64,000 nt of DNA from Octopus sinensis. Lineage: Eukaryota. Numbering within the stretch: the first letter of the stretch is position 1; every line of letters starts with the position of its first letter. The position numbers and the translations under genes are program-made. Below the pieces are notes generated by a model, which saw nothing but the letters and a program-made list of their open reading frames with translations, ran no database searches and was not told the DNA's origin. Shown piece by piece: positions 50,340-63,652 of the stretch. Where the stretch lies: the NCBI RefSeq assembly GCF_006345805.1, contig NC_043024.1, positions 17,546,001 to 17,610,000 of the forward strand, written 5' to 3'.

Positions 50340-50770
50340 ATCATCATCATCATCATCATCATTTAATGTCTGTTTTCCATGATGTTATGGGAAAGACAGG
50401 GTAACTGAAAACTGGTACGCTGGGGAGTTGCATGAGGTTCCAATCTGATTTAGCTTGGTTTCCACTGCTGGATGCCCTTCCCTAATGCCAACAACTTCAA
50501 GAGTGTAGTGGGTGCTTTTCATGTGCCACCGGCATGGGTGCCAGTTACGAAACACCGCCATTGGCTACAACTGCAATTTCACTTGGCTTGACAGGTCTTC
50601 TCAAGCACATTATATTGCCAAAGGTCTCGGTCATTTGTCACCACCTCCGTGAGGCCCAAAGTTCAAAGGGTGCTTTTCACGTGTCACCTGCATGAGTGCC
50701 AGGTACACAACACTGACACCAGCCATGACTACAATTCCATTTGGCTTGATGGATCTTCTCAAGAACAGCA
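50340..50770 (-). mobile_element. RTE-type 3' end with internal repeats
   Basis: (atc)n tail, ctggatgccc.tcctaatgcc, cttctcaagcac..aaaggtctcggtca..ctccgtgaggcccaa. Confidence 0.75.
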
Positions 50771-50775
50771 TATTG

Positions 50776-50811
<36 letters not shown>

Positions 50812-51057
50812 GCATCCTTCAAAGAATAATATTAACCTTAGTTCTATAAACTCATAATAACCCTGAAGAAGTTCTGCCCCACTAGTTAAAAAGGATACCT
50901 TTCTTACCATATAATCAAATGCTTAGAATTGCAGATCAGCTAGGGGATAGAACTGAAGCATATATGTAGGATTTTTTTCACATCTCCCATTTTCTTTTCT
51001 CAGCTTTACAGCTCATAATTTATTTGCATTACTATGTTTTTAAAAAATTTCAACATA

Positions 51058-51452
51058 CTCTTTTACTTGTTTCAGTCATTTGACTGCGGCCATGCTGGAG
51101 CACCGCCTTTAATCGAGCAACTCGACCCCGGGACTTATTCTTTTGTAAGCCCAGTACTTATTCTATCAGTCTCTTTTGCCGAACCGCTAAGTAATGGGGA
51201 CATAAACACACCAGCATCAGTTGTCAAGCAATGCTAGGGGGACAAACACAGACACACAAACACACACACATGCATATATATACATATATACAACAGGCTT
51301 CTTTCAGTTTCCGTCTACCAAATCCACTCACAAGGCTTTGGTCGGCCCGAGGCTATAGTAGAAGACGCTTGCCCAAGGGGCCACGCAGTGGGACTGAACC
51401 CGGAACCATGTGGTTGGTTAGCAAGCTACTTACTACACAGCCCCTCCTGCGC
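51058..51452 (-). mobile_element. SINE family A, full length, young
   Basis: Near-consensus with CpGs retained. Confidence 0.9.
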
Positions 51453-51539
51453 CTATCTTTATATCATCTTTATATCATACAAATAAATTATTCATACATC
51501 CATCTTTCTCCATTTTCTTTCTTTCAATTTTCATATGTA

Positions 51540-52110
51540 TTACTATAATAATCCCTAACATATCGCAGAGACTTTCTCATTATATTGATAGTAATTAACC
51601 AGTGGAATCCTTTTTGGATTATATAATCCCTAATGTGGATCTAACCTCCTCGAATTGACTATATGTATATATTAGGTTACTTTAAATACAAACCTTTGAC
51701 TCTGCAACACTGTATATAAATTCCCTCCTGGAAATGACCAAGTTTAGAAATCTGCTGGATCTCAATCATAGGAGAATCTTATATTGCTTATAAACTCTAT
51801 ATTTGGAAGGACCCATTTTAAACTCTGTTGGACTTTTGGACTTTACTCAAAGGATATTGGAATATTGCATATATACCATTATGTCTATAAAATGGATTTA
51901 CAACTTCAACACCCATACATATCTTGCATCTATTTTCTTTCCTCCACCTCACTCTCCATTTTGTATCACATCTAAACTAACTATGACTTAACTTTCCTCT
52001 CACACAGACTCCGATGAAGGGATATTATTAATTAATAACCTAGAAACAGCTGTAAGACCTTCTATCTATAAATGCTCTAATATCTACACAGCCTTGGTTT
52101 TTTATCTTAT
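51540..52110 (+). mobile_element. Penelope-like element 3' relic (GIY-YIG C-terminus plus terminal repeat)
   Basis: ..FPPGND..LINSIF..TFGLYSKD resembles the PLE C-terminal HF..PGH..PFGLN motif. Followed by a pyrimidine-rich tract and an HHR motif. Confidence 0.5.
52007..52058 (+). ncRNA. hammerhead motif, core variant
   Basis: gact-CCGATGA-a-g-GGATATTA ttaat TAATAACC-ta-GAAAC-AGCT-GTA-agac. Palindromic stem III acagctgt. U4 is C in this copy. Confidence 0.5.
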
Positions 52111-52117
52111 ATATATA

Positions 52118-52635
52118 CTAGCAGTATCGCCCGGCGTTGCTCGGGTTTGTAAGGGAAATAACTATATAAGCATTTTTAGAGAGTTACTTCCCTTATAGAT
52201 GCCAATTCGGGCTTTCTTAGCCATTTTTGTTTTGGTGTCTTCAAGCCATGAAGTCGTTGTTCTAAAAGAACGCTGGTCTCCTTGACAACGCATTACGACG
52301 TTGATTTCCTTAAACTCCCTTCCCCACAGCTTCACGAGGGAGGGAAGAAGAGGGAGAAGCAAACAGGTGCAGGTGTGACCATGGATGCCAACTCCGCCGC
52401 CATCGACACACAAAAAATTATGCATTAAAATGGAATAAAAAATGATGTTAAATTATTTTTAAAATCGTAGACTCATCATAGACGCGCGCTAATAGCCAGA
52501 CGGGCTCGATATTAATCACGACTATAAGATACCCGAATTTGGTTAAACTGCACCGCAAAATGTGGGAGGAGTTAGGAATCTAAATCGTAGGAGACAGACA
52601 CTCACACAACTACAGTTTTATATATATATATATAT
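52118..52635 (-). mobile_element. non-autonomous Helitron
   Basis: Minus-strand 3' end has the hairpin cccgagcaacgccggg, then ..gCTAG|T. The 5' end (TA)nAAAACTGT lies in a TA run. CpG-rich interior. Confidence 0.8.
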
Positions 52636-53214
52636 TCCAATATGAACTGGAAGCAGCTCAGGGTATATAAACAAAATCAAATACTCATACCCAAGGTATG
52701 TGTTGTTAGTTCATGGGTCGGCTGCATAAAAAAGTATATTCTCAATGCACCGTGTGTGTGTGTATCTTTGTGCCTGTGTTATTCCTCACCCTGCTTGACA
52801 ACTGGTGTTAGTGTGTTTACATCCCCATAGCTTAGTTTTTCAGCAATAGATATGACAGAATAAGTACCAAGCTTTAAAAAAATTCTTCATGGTCGCAGTC
52901 TGATGACTGAAACAAGTAAAAGACAAAATATATCACATTATCGTATTTTTCCATTCCTTATATTTTTATACAAATTGTTTTCTTGAAACAATTTATGCAA
53001 AATCTGTGGCCCTCGAAGTTCTGTACTGTGCCTCACCCAGAAAGCTGCTCCCAAAGAGACTCCCTTATTGCCCTAATGGAAGCAGCAACCCTGGATTCTA
53101 TTCAAGAATTTGCAGAATTAGTGTTATAGAAATGCCTTGTTCTGTGTTTTGCTTCTGTGTTCTTATTCCTTGTGTGTTTTGGTGCTTGTTTTCTGCAAAA
53201 AGACAGGAAACAAC

Positions 53215-53900
53215 TGGAAGAAGCACAACCACCATCACCACCACAACCACAACAACAACCATCAGCAGAACCACTACCATAATCACCACATCATCACAAC
53301 AATCACCACAACCACAGCTACAACCATCAGCACAACCACAGCAACAACTATCAGCACAACCACCACTACCACAACCACTACCACATCACCACAACCACCA
53401 CCACCACATCACTAAAACTGCCACAACAACCACCACAACCATCACTACTACAGCCACCACAACACCACCCACCACAGCACCACAACTACCACTACTACAA
53501 CCACTACCATAGCCACTAGCACAACAAAAACCACCAACATCACAACTACAACCACCACCACCACCACAACCACCACCACCACTGCTGTAATCACCATCAC
53601 TTCCACAACAACCACCACCACCACGACCACCACTACATCACCACAACCACCACCACTACTACAACCACCACCTCATCACTACAACTGCCACAACCATCAC
53701 TACTACAGCCACCACAACACCACCACCACTACTACAACCACCACCACAACCACAACAACCATCAGCACAATCACTACTACCATCACCATAACTACCACCA
53801 CAACCCCACTACCGTCAACACAATCACAACCACCACCATAGCCAGCAGCACAACAACAACCACCAACATCACAACTACAACCACCACCACACCTCTATAC
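53215..53900. repeat. (ACC/AAC/ACT)n tract
   Basis: Direct inspection. Confidence 0.9.
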
Positions 53901-54459
53901 ACACAATAACACTCTGCAAACCAAAGTACAAAACAAACAAACAAAAAAAAAAGAAACCCACTCACCAATTCCACAGAGACAACCCCAAAATCTTCAAATC
54001 ATGGCCCGAAGGCAAAGACAGGGAGGAAGCACTTTAACCATTCAAAAGTAACGACTCCACACTGTCCAAATTAAATAGATAATTTAATAGGTTTGCATAC
54101 CTAACTCCACCCCCACCTGTTCCCACCCCACCCCCTCCTGCAGAAATCACGTCTTAGATTTGGTCCATCAAGTAGTGTTGTAGAATCTGTTGTTGTTGTT
54201 GCTGCTGCTGCTGCTGTATGAAAGAAACAGTAAACAACGCAGCGCAGCAGAAATATGTCCCTAAGTTAAAACCGGACAATAGTTCTTTTGCTCAATTTAC
54301 CAATGTTGGTTTGTTGGTTTGTTTATTTTTGGTTGTTGTTGTTTTCTTCTTCATATTTTTCCTTGTTCGTCCTTCCACGCATTCAGTTCTCAACTATTTC
54401 GGAGACATTTTATTTGTCTTTCATCTGTCTTCCATCATCTTACTTGTTCCATTCATTAG

Positions 54460-54970
54460 TCTGTGCCCATGCTAGGGCACCACCTTGAACAATCTTGAGC
54501 CAAACTATTCGATTCGACTCCATTTAAGCCTGGTATTTATTCTATTGATTACTTTTGACAAACTGCTAAGTTACAAGGACATAAACACACCAAAATCGGT
54601 GTGATGGAAGACAAACTACAAACAAAACACAAAATCTCACATGTATATGATGGGCTTCTTTCAGTTTCCATCTACCAAATCCAAATCCATTCACAAGGCT
54701 TTAGTGGCCCCAGAATCATAGTAGAAGACACTTACCCAAAGTGTCATGCAATGGGACTGAATCCAGAACCATATGGTTGGGGAGCAAGCTTCTTACCACA
54801 CAGCCAAGCCTGTGCCTGTGTTTGGCTCCCACCACTGCTTGACAAATAGTGTTTACATTCCTGTAACTTAGCAGTTTGGCAAAAAGTGAATGATAGAATA
54901 AGTACTGGGGTCGATTTCTTTGACTAAAATTTCAGGGTGGTGCCCCAGCATGGCCGCAGTTAAATGACTG
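54460..54970. mobile_element. SINE A (minus, 54460-54810) abutting a SINE A 3' half (plus, 54815-54970)
   Basis: Consensus matches in opposite orientation. Confidence 0.75.
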
Positions 54971-54972
54971 CA

Positions 54973-55990
54973 AGCTAGAAGTTGTAGATAGCTTCTGTTA
55001 TCTAGGTGACCAAGTTAGTAGTGGAGGTGGATGCTCAGTGAGAGTAAGATTAGGCTGGGCAAAGTTCAGGGAGCACCCACCCCTGCTGGCAACAAAGGGC
55101 CTCTCTCACAGAGTGAAAGGCAGATTGTTTGATGCCTGTGTGCAAACAGCTATGCTACATGACAGTGAAACATGGGCTATGACAGCCAAGGCTTGAAAGA
55201 AATGAAGTCAGTATGCTTCACTGGATGTGCAATGTCAGTGTGCATGTTTGACAGAATGTAAACATCTTGAGAGAAAAGTTGGGTATAAGAAGAATCAGAT
55301 GTTGTGTGCAAGAGAGACGACTGTGCTGGTATGGTCATGTGATGTGTATGGTTGAGGACAGCTGTGTAAAGAAGTGCTGATCTCAACTGTGCAGGGAACA
55401 TGTGGAAGAGGTAGACCCAGGAAGACATGGGACAAGGTGGTGGAGCATGATCTCCAAACTTTGGGCCTCACAGAGGCAATGCCTGGTGACTGAGACCTTT
55501 GGCAATGTGCTCTGCTTGAGAGGACCCATCAAGCCTAGTGCACCCGTGCTGGTGGTGCGTAAAGAACGTATTTTGAACATTGGGCCTCAAGGAGGCAAAG
55601 TGGCTGAGTTCCTTTCAAGGATTAGGGCTCACGGAGGCAAAGTGGCTGAGTTCCTTTCAAGGATTAGGGCTCACGGAGGCAAAGTGGCTGAGTTCCTTTC
55701 AAGTGTTGGGCCTCTCGGCGGCAACGACCAAGATCTCTGGCATTATTTCACGCTTGAGAAGAGGACCCATCAAGCTGAACAAAACCACAGTCATTGCAGG
55801 TACTGGTGTCATGCAAATGGCATGTAAAAGCACACATTACACTCTTGGAGTGGTTGGCATTAGGAAGGGCATACAACTATAGAAACCATGCCAAAATCAG
55901 ACTGACATCTGATGCAGCCTTCCAGCGTGCCAACCCTGGTCAAGCCGTCCAACCCATGCCAGCATGGACAGTGGATGTTAAATGATGATG
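54973..55990 (+). mobile_element. RTE-clade LINE 3' fragment containing a 42-bp tandem repeat
   Basis: LEVVDSFCYLGD..GWAKFRE..RVKGRLFDACV.TAML..SETW..RLERNE.SML.WMC..GRGRPRKTWD (with frameshifts), then 3' UTR and (atg)n. Confidence 0.85.
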
Positions 55991-56757
55991 TATGTATAAC
56001 CATGCACACAAACATACACACATGCACACAGCTACTAGAAGCATTCATTCTTGCATATGTACAGGACCATACACCCGTTCTTCCACATACACTCCTGTAT
56101 ATACAGTTTTACACAAACACATACATAAATACATATGGTAAACAGACACACACATACACACACATATGCCTATATGTATATAATCACATATATGGATACA
56201 GACTCTTAACACACATGCACACTCACACACAAGTACCTAACATCAACAAACCAAAGAAATCACCAAAGTGTCGCTCTTAAATATATTCACCTGAAGGGAA
56301 ATGTAAAAATATATACACTTACTTGCAAACATGTATATCTATATACATACATGTCAGTTGTGTGTATATAAATGTACACACATACATTCTGATATTTATG
56401 TGTGTATATATCTATATCTTTGCTGTCACTCCCTCCCTCTCTCTACATACATATGTATATATATGTGTGAATGTGTGTATGCATGCATGTATGTATGTAT
56501 AAATATATGCACATACACACAGTTGTGTGCATGTATTAACATGAAATAAGACTCTCAATCAAATACTTACATACATACATACATAGACAGATAGAGAGAG
56601 CAAGAGAGAGAGAGAGAAAGAGGGAGAGTTGTGTTGAAACATATATTAGTGGACCTTTTAGCAAACATGAAATTCAGCCCTCAATCAACTATATATATGT
56701 GTGTGTGTGTACATATATAGATATAAATACATATATAGACAGATAGATAGATAGATG

Positions 56758-56803
<46 letters not shown>

Positions 56804-56893
56804 CAGAAACATACATACAAACATACAAACATGCATGCATAAATATATACATACATAAAAAGACAGACAAACAGAGAGATAGTGATATATATG

Positions 56894-56926
<33 letters not shown>

Positions 56927-56945
56927 CCACTGTTATATTTCCATC

Positions 56946-56989
<44 letters not shown>

Positions 56990-57029
56990 ATTCTATCTAT
57001 CTATCTATCTCCCAATCTATCTATCTATC

Positions 57030-57078
<49 letters not shown>

Positions 57079-57824
57079 AGAGAGAGAGAGAGGAGAGACA
57101 GACAGACAGATAGATATGTATATATAGTAATATGATTGTACATTAAGAGTTCTACTTTACATTAACGAGATGACCAGAACACACACACCCTTCCCACCCA
57201 CCAGAGACTCATTTACACATATAAGCATGCAACACACACTCTATACAACATAATTCACCCATATTCTTGTCTCGGATTAGATTTGCATTCATTGGAGAAA
57301 GAGAGAGAGAGAGGGGGAGAGAGGGCTCCATTCACCTCCATCACCTCCACCACCACCATTATACCTCTCTATACTTCAATAAAAAAAATGGTGGTGGTGG
57401 TGATGTATGGAGAAGAGGAGGGGCAACTGAAAAATGCAATGCGCTGTTGGTGATGGTTATGATGGTGATGACGGCAGTTGCAACGTTGATAGTAATAGTA
57501 TTGATGGTGGTGGTCACCATGGTAGTGATGGTGGTTATGAGGAGGGCAATTTGTGGGTGGTAGTAGTTGGTGATGAAGATTGTGTTATCAAGGCGATGGT
57601 GGTGGTGGTGGTGACAATAATGACAATTGTACAATTTGTGGTGATGATGGTAATGACAATCATGGTGGTGACGGTGGTGAAGGGGAGCAGTCGTTTCCAA
57701 GGAAATTCCTTGTAACCCCAGAACAGTTGGATTGGTGTCCCCTTAACGTCTGTGACCTGGACCTCTGCATTGAAGTATGTTCCCTGTAAAGTTGTGAGTA
57801 TTGATGAAGCTAATATTGGTTTCA

Positions 57825-58250
57825 AATTTAGGCACAAGGCCAGCAATGTTGGGGAGGAGCTAAGTCGATTGTGTTGATCCCAGTATCCAACTGGTATTTA
57901 TTTTATCAACTCTGAAAAGATGAAAGGAAGAGTCAACCTCAGTGGAATTTGAACCCAGAACATAAAGACAGATGAAATGCCACCAGGCATTCTGCCTGGC
58001 ACACTAACAACTCTGCAAATCACTGCCTTCGATGATGCCTTTATTAGTTTCAAATTTTGGCACAATGCCAGCAACTTTAGGGGAGGGGTAAGTTGATTAT
58101 ATCAACCCCAGTGCTCAACTGGTACTTATTTTATCAACTCTGAAAGGATGAAAGAAAAAGTCAACATCAGTGGAATTTGATCTCAGAATGTAAAGACAGA
58201 CAAGATGTTGCTAAGCATTTTTTTTCGGAGATGCTAATATTGACAGAAAT
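57825..58250 (-). mobile_element. two tandem SINE family B copies
   Basis: Reverse-complement matches at 57825-58030 and 58045-58250. Confidence 0.8.
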
Positions 58251-58454
58251 GGTATCTTCTATCAGACTGCTGGTCATCACTTCATCTCATGTTGTGTTTC
58301 AAAATTATGTTCTTAAAATCAAAAACATTGCCCAGCCATGGGGTAAATGTCTTACTTTGAGACAAGTGAAGGGTGATGACAAGAAGGACATCCGGACACA
58401 GAAACATCCACTTTAATGAATTCCATCTGATCCATGCCAGCATAGCAAAGCAGA

Positions 58455-58880
58455 TTTTAAATTGTTTACTTGAGAAGACCCATGAATCCTAAGTAAAATC
58501 ATAATCATGGTCAATGCCAGTGTTACATAACTGGAACTGATGCTGGTGGCACTTAAAAGCACCCTTCAAACATTGAGTCTCCTGAGAGGCAATGACTAGT
58601 GACCAAGACCTTTGGTGATATGCCATGCTTGAGAAAACTATAAAACCAAGTGAAATCATAGTCATGACCGATACCAGTGTCACATAACTGGAACCCATGC
58701 CGATGGCACGTAAAAAGCACCATTACACTCTTGGAGTGGTTGGCATCAGGAAGGGCATCCAGTCATAGAAACCATGCCAAAACAGACTGGAACCTGACAT
58801 AGCTCTACAGCCTACCAGTTTCGGTCAAACCATCGAACCTATGCCAACGTGGAAAGTAGACACTAAATGATGATGATGAT
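58455..58880 (+). mobile_element. RTE-type 3' end
   Basis: gaggcaatgactagtgaccaagacctttgg..gcttgagaa..ggaagggcatccag..(gat)n. Confidence 0.75.
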
Positions 58881-59889
58881 GTTGACAATCATGATGACAA
58901 GGCAATGATGAATTGGAATTAAAGATGTCAGTTGACCAATGGATGTAAATGCTGCATTCAAAATTAATGAAAAAAGGACCATTTAGAGTAAACATCATTA
59001 GAACCTAGTTTTCTACCTTGATTTGATTTCTACCTCCATTTGTAAACCCTTATGATTTCTGTATACCTGGGTGCATTACTAAATATCTCGAGGGGTTATC
59101 ACAAAAAGCTGGCATTTGTCAGGAAAATGAAATAGAAAAATTTCACAAAAATTATTGGTTCTGGTTTAGGTAAAAAGCCAGTAATTTGAAGGGAAGAGGA
59201 CATCAGCTAATACCGTTGACCCAACCATATGGCTGGTACTTTATTTTTATGACTTCAAAAGGATTAAAGGCAAAGTTGACCTCAGCAGGATTTGAACTCG
59301 AAAGGTAAAGAACCAAAAAAAAAATGCCTTCAAAGCACTTTTACAATTTCTCTGAAAATTCTGTTGCCAGTTAAAAATTGTAAAAATTCAGTTTGTAACA
59401 GTGAAAACAATGGAATTCTTTGTTAAAAACCAGCACGGTATCGCTTTGCTATTGTTCTTGAACAAATTCCAATAATGGCATTCTGTTTTGGTGTAAGAAA
59501 CCAGTTTTCTTTATCACAAGAATTTGAAGAATTAAAACAGAATTAGATGCAAGCATATTGTGTACGTGCACCCTCACAAACACATACACACACACATATG
59601 CATATGTGCATGTGTAGGTGTGTGTGTATATATACACACACGTACATATTGTATGTCTACTGTATACATTGTCATACACATACAGTATACATACATAAAT
59701 ACGTTGTATACACATGCACATAACATACATACATGTGCATATATAATTAAATACAAAAAATATATAAAAGCTGTTTTATATGCAATTAATCTATTGAGGC
59801 GTAGGAGGAACTGATTTGCATATTTTAACATTTGCATATACTTGGAGTCATTGAATAATACAGTATTCTTTGAAAATTCTAAATGTATG

Positions 59890-60070
59890 TATACAGAAAT
59901 ATATATATAATACTACTACTACTACTACTACTATATATGTAAGTATAAAGACATATACACCTACATATATAGTATATATGAATATATATATATATATATA
60001 TATGCACACATATAAATGTATATATATATATATGTATGTATACATATATATATATACACACATATAAATA

Positions 60071-60137
<67 letters not shown>

Positions 60138-60141
60138 GTAA

Positions 60142-60173
<32 letters not shown>

Positions 60174-60398
60174 ATATATATATGTATATATGTATATATA
60201 TATACATGTATATATATATATATGTATATATGTATATATATATACATGTATATATATACATGTATATATATATAATATATATGTATATATATTATATATG
60301 TATATATGTATATATATATACATGTATATATATATATATGTATATATGTATATATATATACATGTATATATATGTATATATGTATATATATATACATG

Positions 60399-60430
<32 letters not shown>

Positions 60431-60541
60431 CATGTATATATATATATATATGTATATATACTTTGATACTTTGATAGGTTTCGGCCATTATTGGCCCAGG
60501 CCATGTCTAACTTAATAGCACCACATATATATATATATATG

Positions 60542-60618
<77 letters not shown>

Positions 60619-60964
60619 GTATATATGTATATATATGTATATATATATATATGTATATATGTATATATATATATATGTATATATTATATATATATGTTAT
60701 ATATATATATATGTAATATATATATATATGTTATATATATATATGTTATATGTATATATATATGTATATATGTATATATGTATATATATTGTATATATGT
60801 ATATGTATATGTATATATATAGATGTATGTATATATGTATATATATATATGTATATATATATTATATATATATATGTAATGTATATATGTATATATGTAT
60901 ATATATAGGTATATATATATGTATATATGTAATATATATATGTATATATATATGTATATATGTA

Positions 60965-61025
<61 letters not shown>
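59890..61025. repeat. about 1.1 kb (TA)n-dominated tract with a short unique interruption (60460-60520)
   Basis: Direct inspection. Confidence 0.95.
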
Positions 61026-61027
<2 letters not shown>

Positions 61028-61175
61028 AATGCACAGACGTGTGCATGTGTGTGTGTGTACTTGATTCCCCTGGTTCTCTCTTTATATATAAGTAAATGTA
61101 AACAATGAATTCTTAACAATACACAACATTAAAAATATATTTGCATGAATATTTATAGTAGTTACCATGTCTGGT

Positions 61176-61209
<34 letters not shown>

Positions 61210-61532
61210 GCTTCTTATTGCTAAGAAATTCCTTGCTCATATATACTTATAAATACAGTGAGAAGTATAATAATATATGTATATATACCAAAGTAAGCAC
61301 ATGAATGTGAAACAAGATGGAAAAATATAGTACTCAAATACTGGAGGTAGAGTAATATGCTTTATTAATATTAATGTTTTAATATGTAATGTGTGTGTGT
61401 GTATGCATGTGTGTATGCATGTGTGTGTGTGTGTGTAATAAGCCTATTTATCCACTCTACTCAAGATATTGAGTTCTACACCAGATGAGGTTTGAACTTC
61501 ATGAAATGTTTTAATGTTTTGCATCTTCTAAG

Positions 61533-62260
61533 GCAGGAAGCTGGCAGAATTGTTAGCATTCCAAGCGAAATGCTTAGTGGTATTTTGTCTGTCTTTACGG
61601 TCTGAGTTCAAATTCCACCACGGTTGACTTTTCCTTTCATCCTTTCAAGGTGGATAAATTAAGTACCAGTTGCATACTGGGGTTGATCTAATTGACTGGC
61701 CATCTCCCCAAAAATTTCGGGCCTTGTGCATAGAGTAGAAAAGAATAGAATGGTGGATAAATTAAGTACCAGTTGCGTACTGGGGTCAATTTAATCGACT
61801 GGCCCCCTCCCCAAAAATTTTGGGTCTTGTGCCTAGAGCATAAAAGAATTGTTAGCACTCCAGGCAAAATGCTTAGTAGCATTTTGTCCATCTTTACATT
61901 CTGAGTTCAAATTCCTCTGAGGCCAGCTTTGCATTTCATCCTTTCAGAGTAAATAAAATGAATAGCAGTTGATTGCTGGGGTTGATTTAATCATCTTACA
62001 CCCTCCCCCAAATGATGTTTGCCTTGTACAAAAATTTTGAAAACAGGCAGCAAGCTGGCAGACTAGCCTGCATGCCAGACAAAATCCTTGGCAGTGTTTT
62101 GTCTGTCTTAACAATCTGATTTCAAATTCTACCAAGGTCAACTTTGCCTTTCATTCTTTTGGGAACCAATAAAATAAACACCAGTTCAGCACTGGGATCA
62201 ATGTGATCTTATACCCTTCCTCAAAATATGTTGGCCTTCTTCTAAAATTTGAAGCTAATA
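61533..62260 (+). mobile_element. array of four SINE family B copies (one partial)
   Basis: Units start at about 61533, 61750, 61850 and 62045. Confidence 0.8.
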
Positions 62261-62280
62261 TGATCTACAATTTTTGTATT

Positions 62281-62337
<57 letters not shown>

Positions 62338-62764
62338 TCATCATCATTGTAGTTTAACATCTCTTTTTCCATGCCAACATGGTTTGGATGATTCATTATA
62401 TAATGAGCTTGATGTCCTTCCTGAAACAAACCATTTTTACAGAGTGTATTGCATCCTTTTTTTTATGATACCAGTCACCAATTATTCACAGACTTCCTCA
62501 TGTTATCCTCGACTTGGGTATAGGCTAGGGCTAGATACAAATGTGGAACTCTTCTATGCATACAATTAAAAATATTCAACTATGTAACAATTATAAAGAA
62601 CAACCTTCTTTAATGGTTCTTAAATATAAACTCAGCAACTTAAAACTGGTGTATGATGCAGAAACAAATGCTGCGATCTAATATTAAAGTCTGATATCCT
62701 CTAACCTCATGTTATATTATCCTTATCTATCTGTCTGTCTATCTATGTGTCTGTCTGTCAATCA

Positions 62765-62826
<62 letters not shown>

Positions 62827-62842
62827 ATATATATATATACAT

Positions 62843-63140
62843 TCCTTCTTGAGCCACCCTTGGCTCATAAGGGCCAGTTTCCTGATTTCCTTGGTTGTAT
62901 AGGTTCCCCACCTGGATGGGACGCCGGTCTGTCGCAGGTGAGCTGCAAGATGCACGGTGAAAGAGTGAGAGAAAGTTGTGACAAAAGAGTCAGCAAATGT
63001 TCGCCATTACCTTCTGCCGGAGCTGAGTGGAGCTTAGTTGTTTTGTTCATAAACACACACATCACTCGGTCTGGGATTCAAACTTATGATCCCTCGACTG
63101 TAAGTCTGCTGCTCTGACCACTAGGCCATATGCCTCCACT
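62843..63140 (-). mobile_element. SINE family D in a (TA)n tract
   Basis: Homologous to 19006-19303. Confidence 0.85.
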
Positions 63141-63232
63141 ATATATATATATATATATCAAAGACAAGAAAAAGAAAATTGAGATTGGGAAGTTAATAAC
63201 TGTTTATTATTAACAACAAATCAATCATCATA

Positions 63233-63312
63233 CCTTACAGCTGTTTCAATTAACACTCAGTGAATTAATTAAATATTGAATTCATATGCCCTCAGCATAA
63301 TATCTTCAGAGG
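63233..63312 (-). ncRNA. hammerhead-like motif with a long AT-rich stem II region
   Basis: Minus strand CCT-CTGAAGA-[55 nt]-GAAAC-AGCT-GTA-AGG. Core, stem I (3 bp) and palindromic stem III are intact. Stem II closure is weak. Confidence 0.45.
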
Positions 63313-63652
63313 GGAAAAAAATATACTCTTGGATGTTGCATATGTGTTTATGGATTCATCATAGCAGACTGAATGATACCTGAGGCTAACATAACCTCTA
63401 ACTGAATTATATAAAATATATATATATATAATGTACTGTTCCACGATAGAAAATTCAACCAAAACAGTGAGAGATAACTTTTTTATCTTTTTTTATTTTT
63501 TACTTATAAAATTTTAGTTCTTACTTTTCATTTTCCATTTAGTGTTTTCTGTTTCTTTAACTTTCCGCGTTTTCTCTCTGCTGTCTTCTCAGCTTTTCCA
63601 TGTTTCTTCTCTTATTTCAATTTGTTTTTTAGTTCCTTATGACTTGTGGTTT

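Noticed and set aside
55591-55703. CRISPR-like array
   Set aside because: The repeats are contiguous with no unique spacers, there are no cas genes, and the context is eukaryotic.
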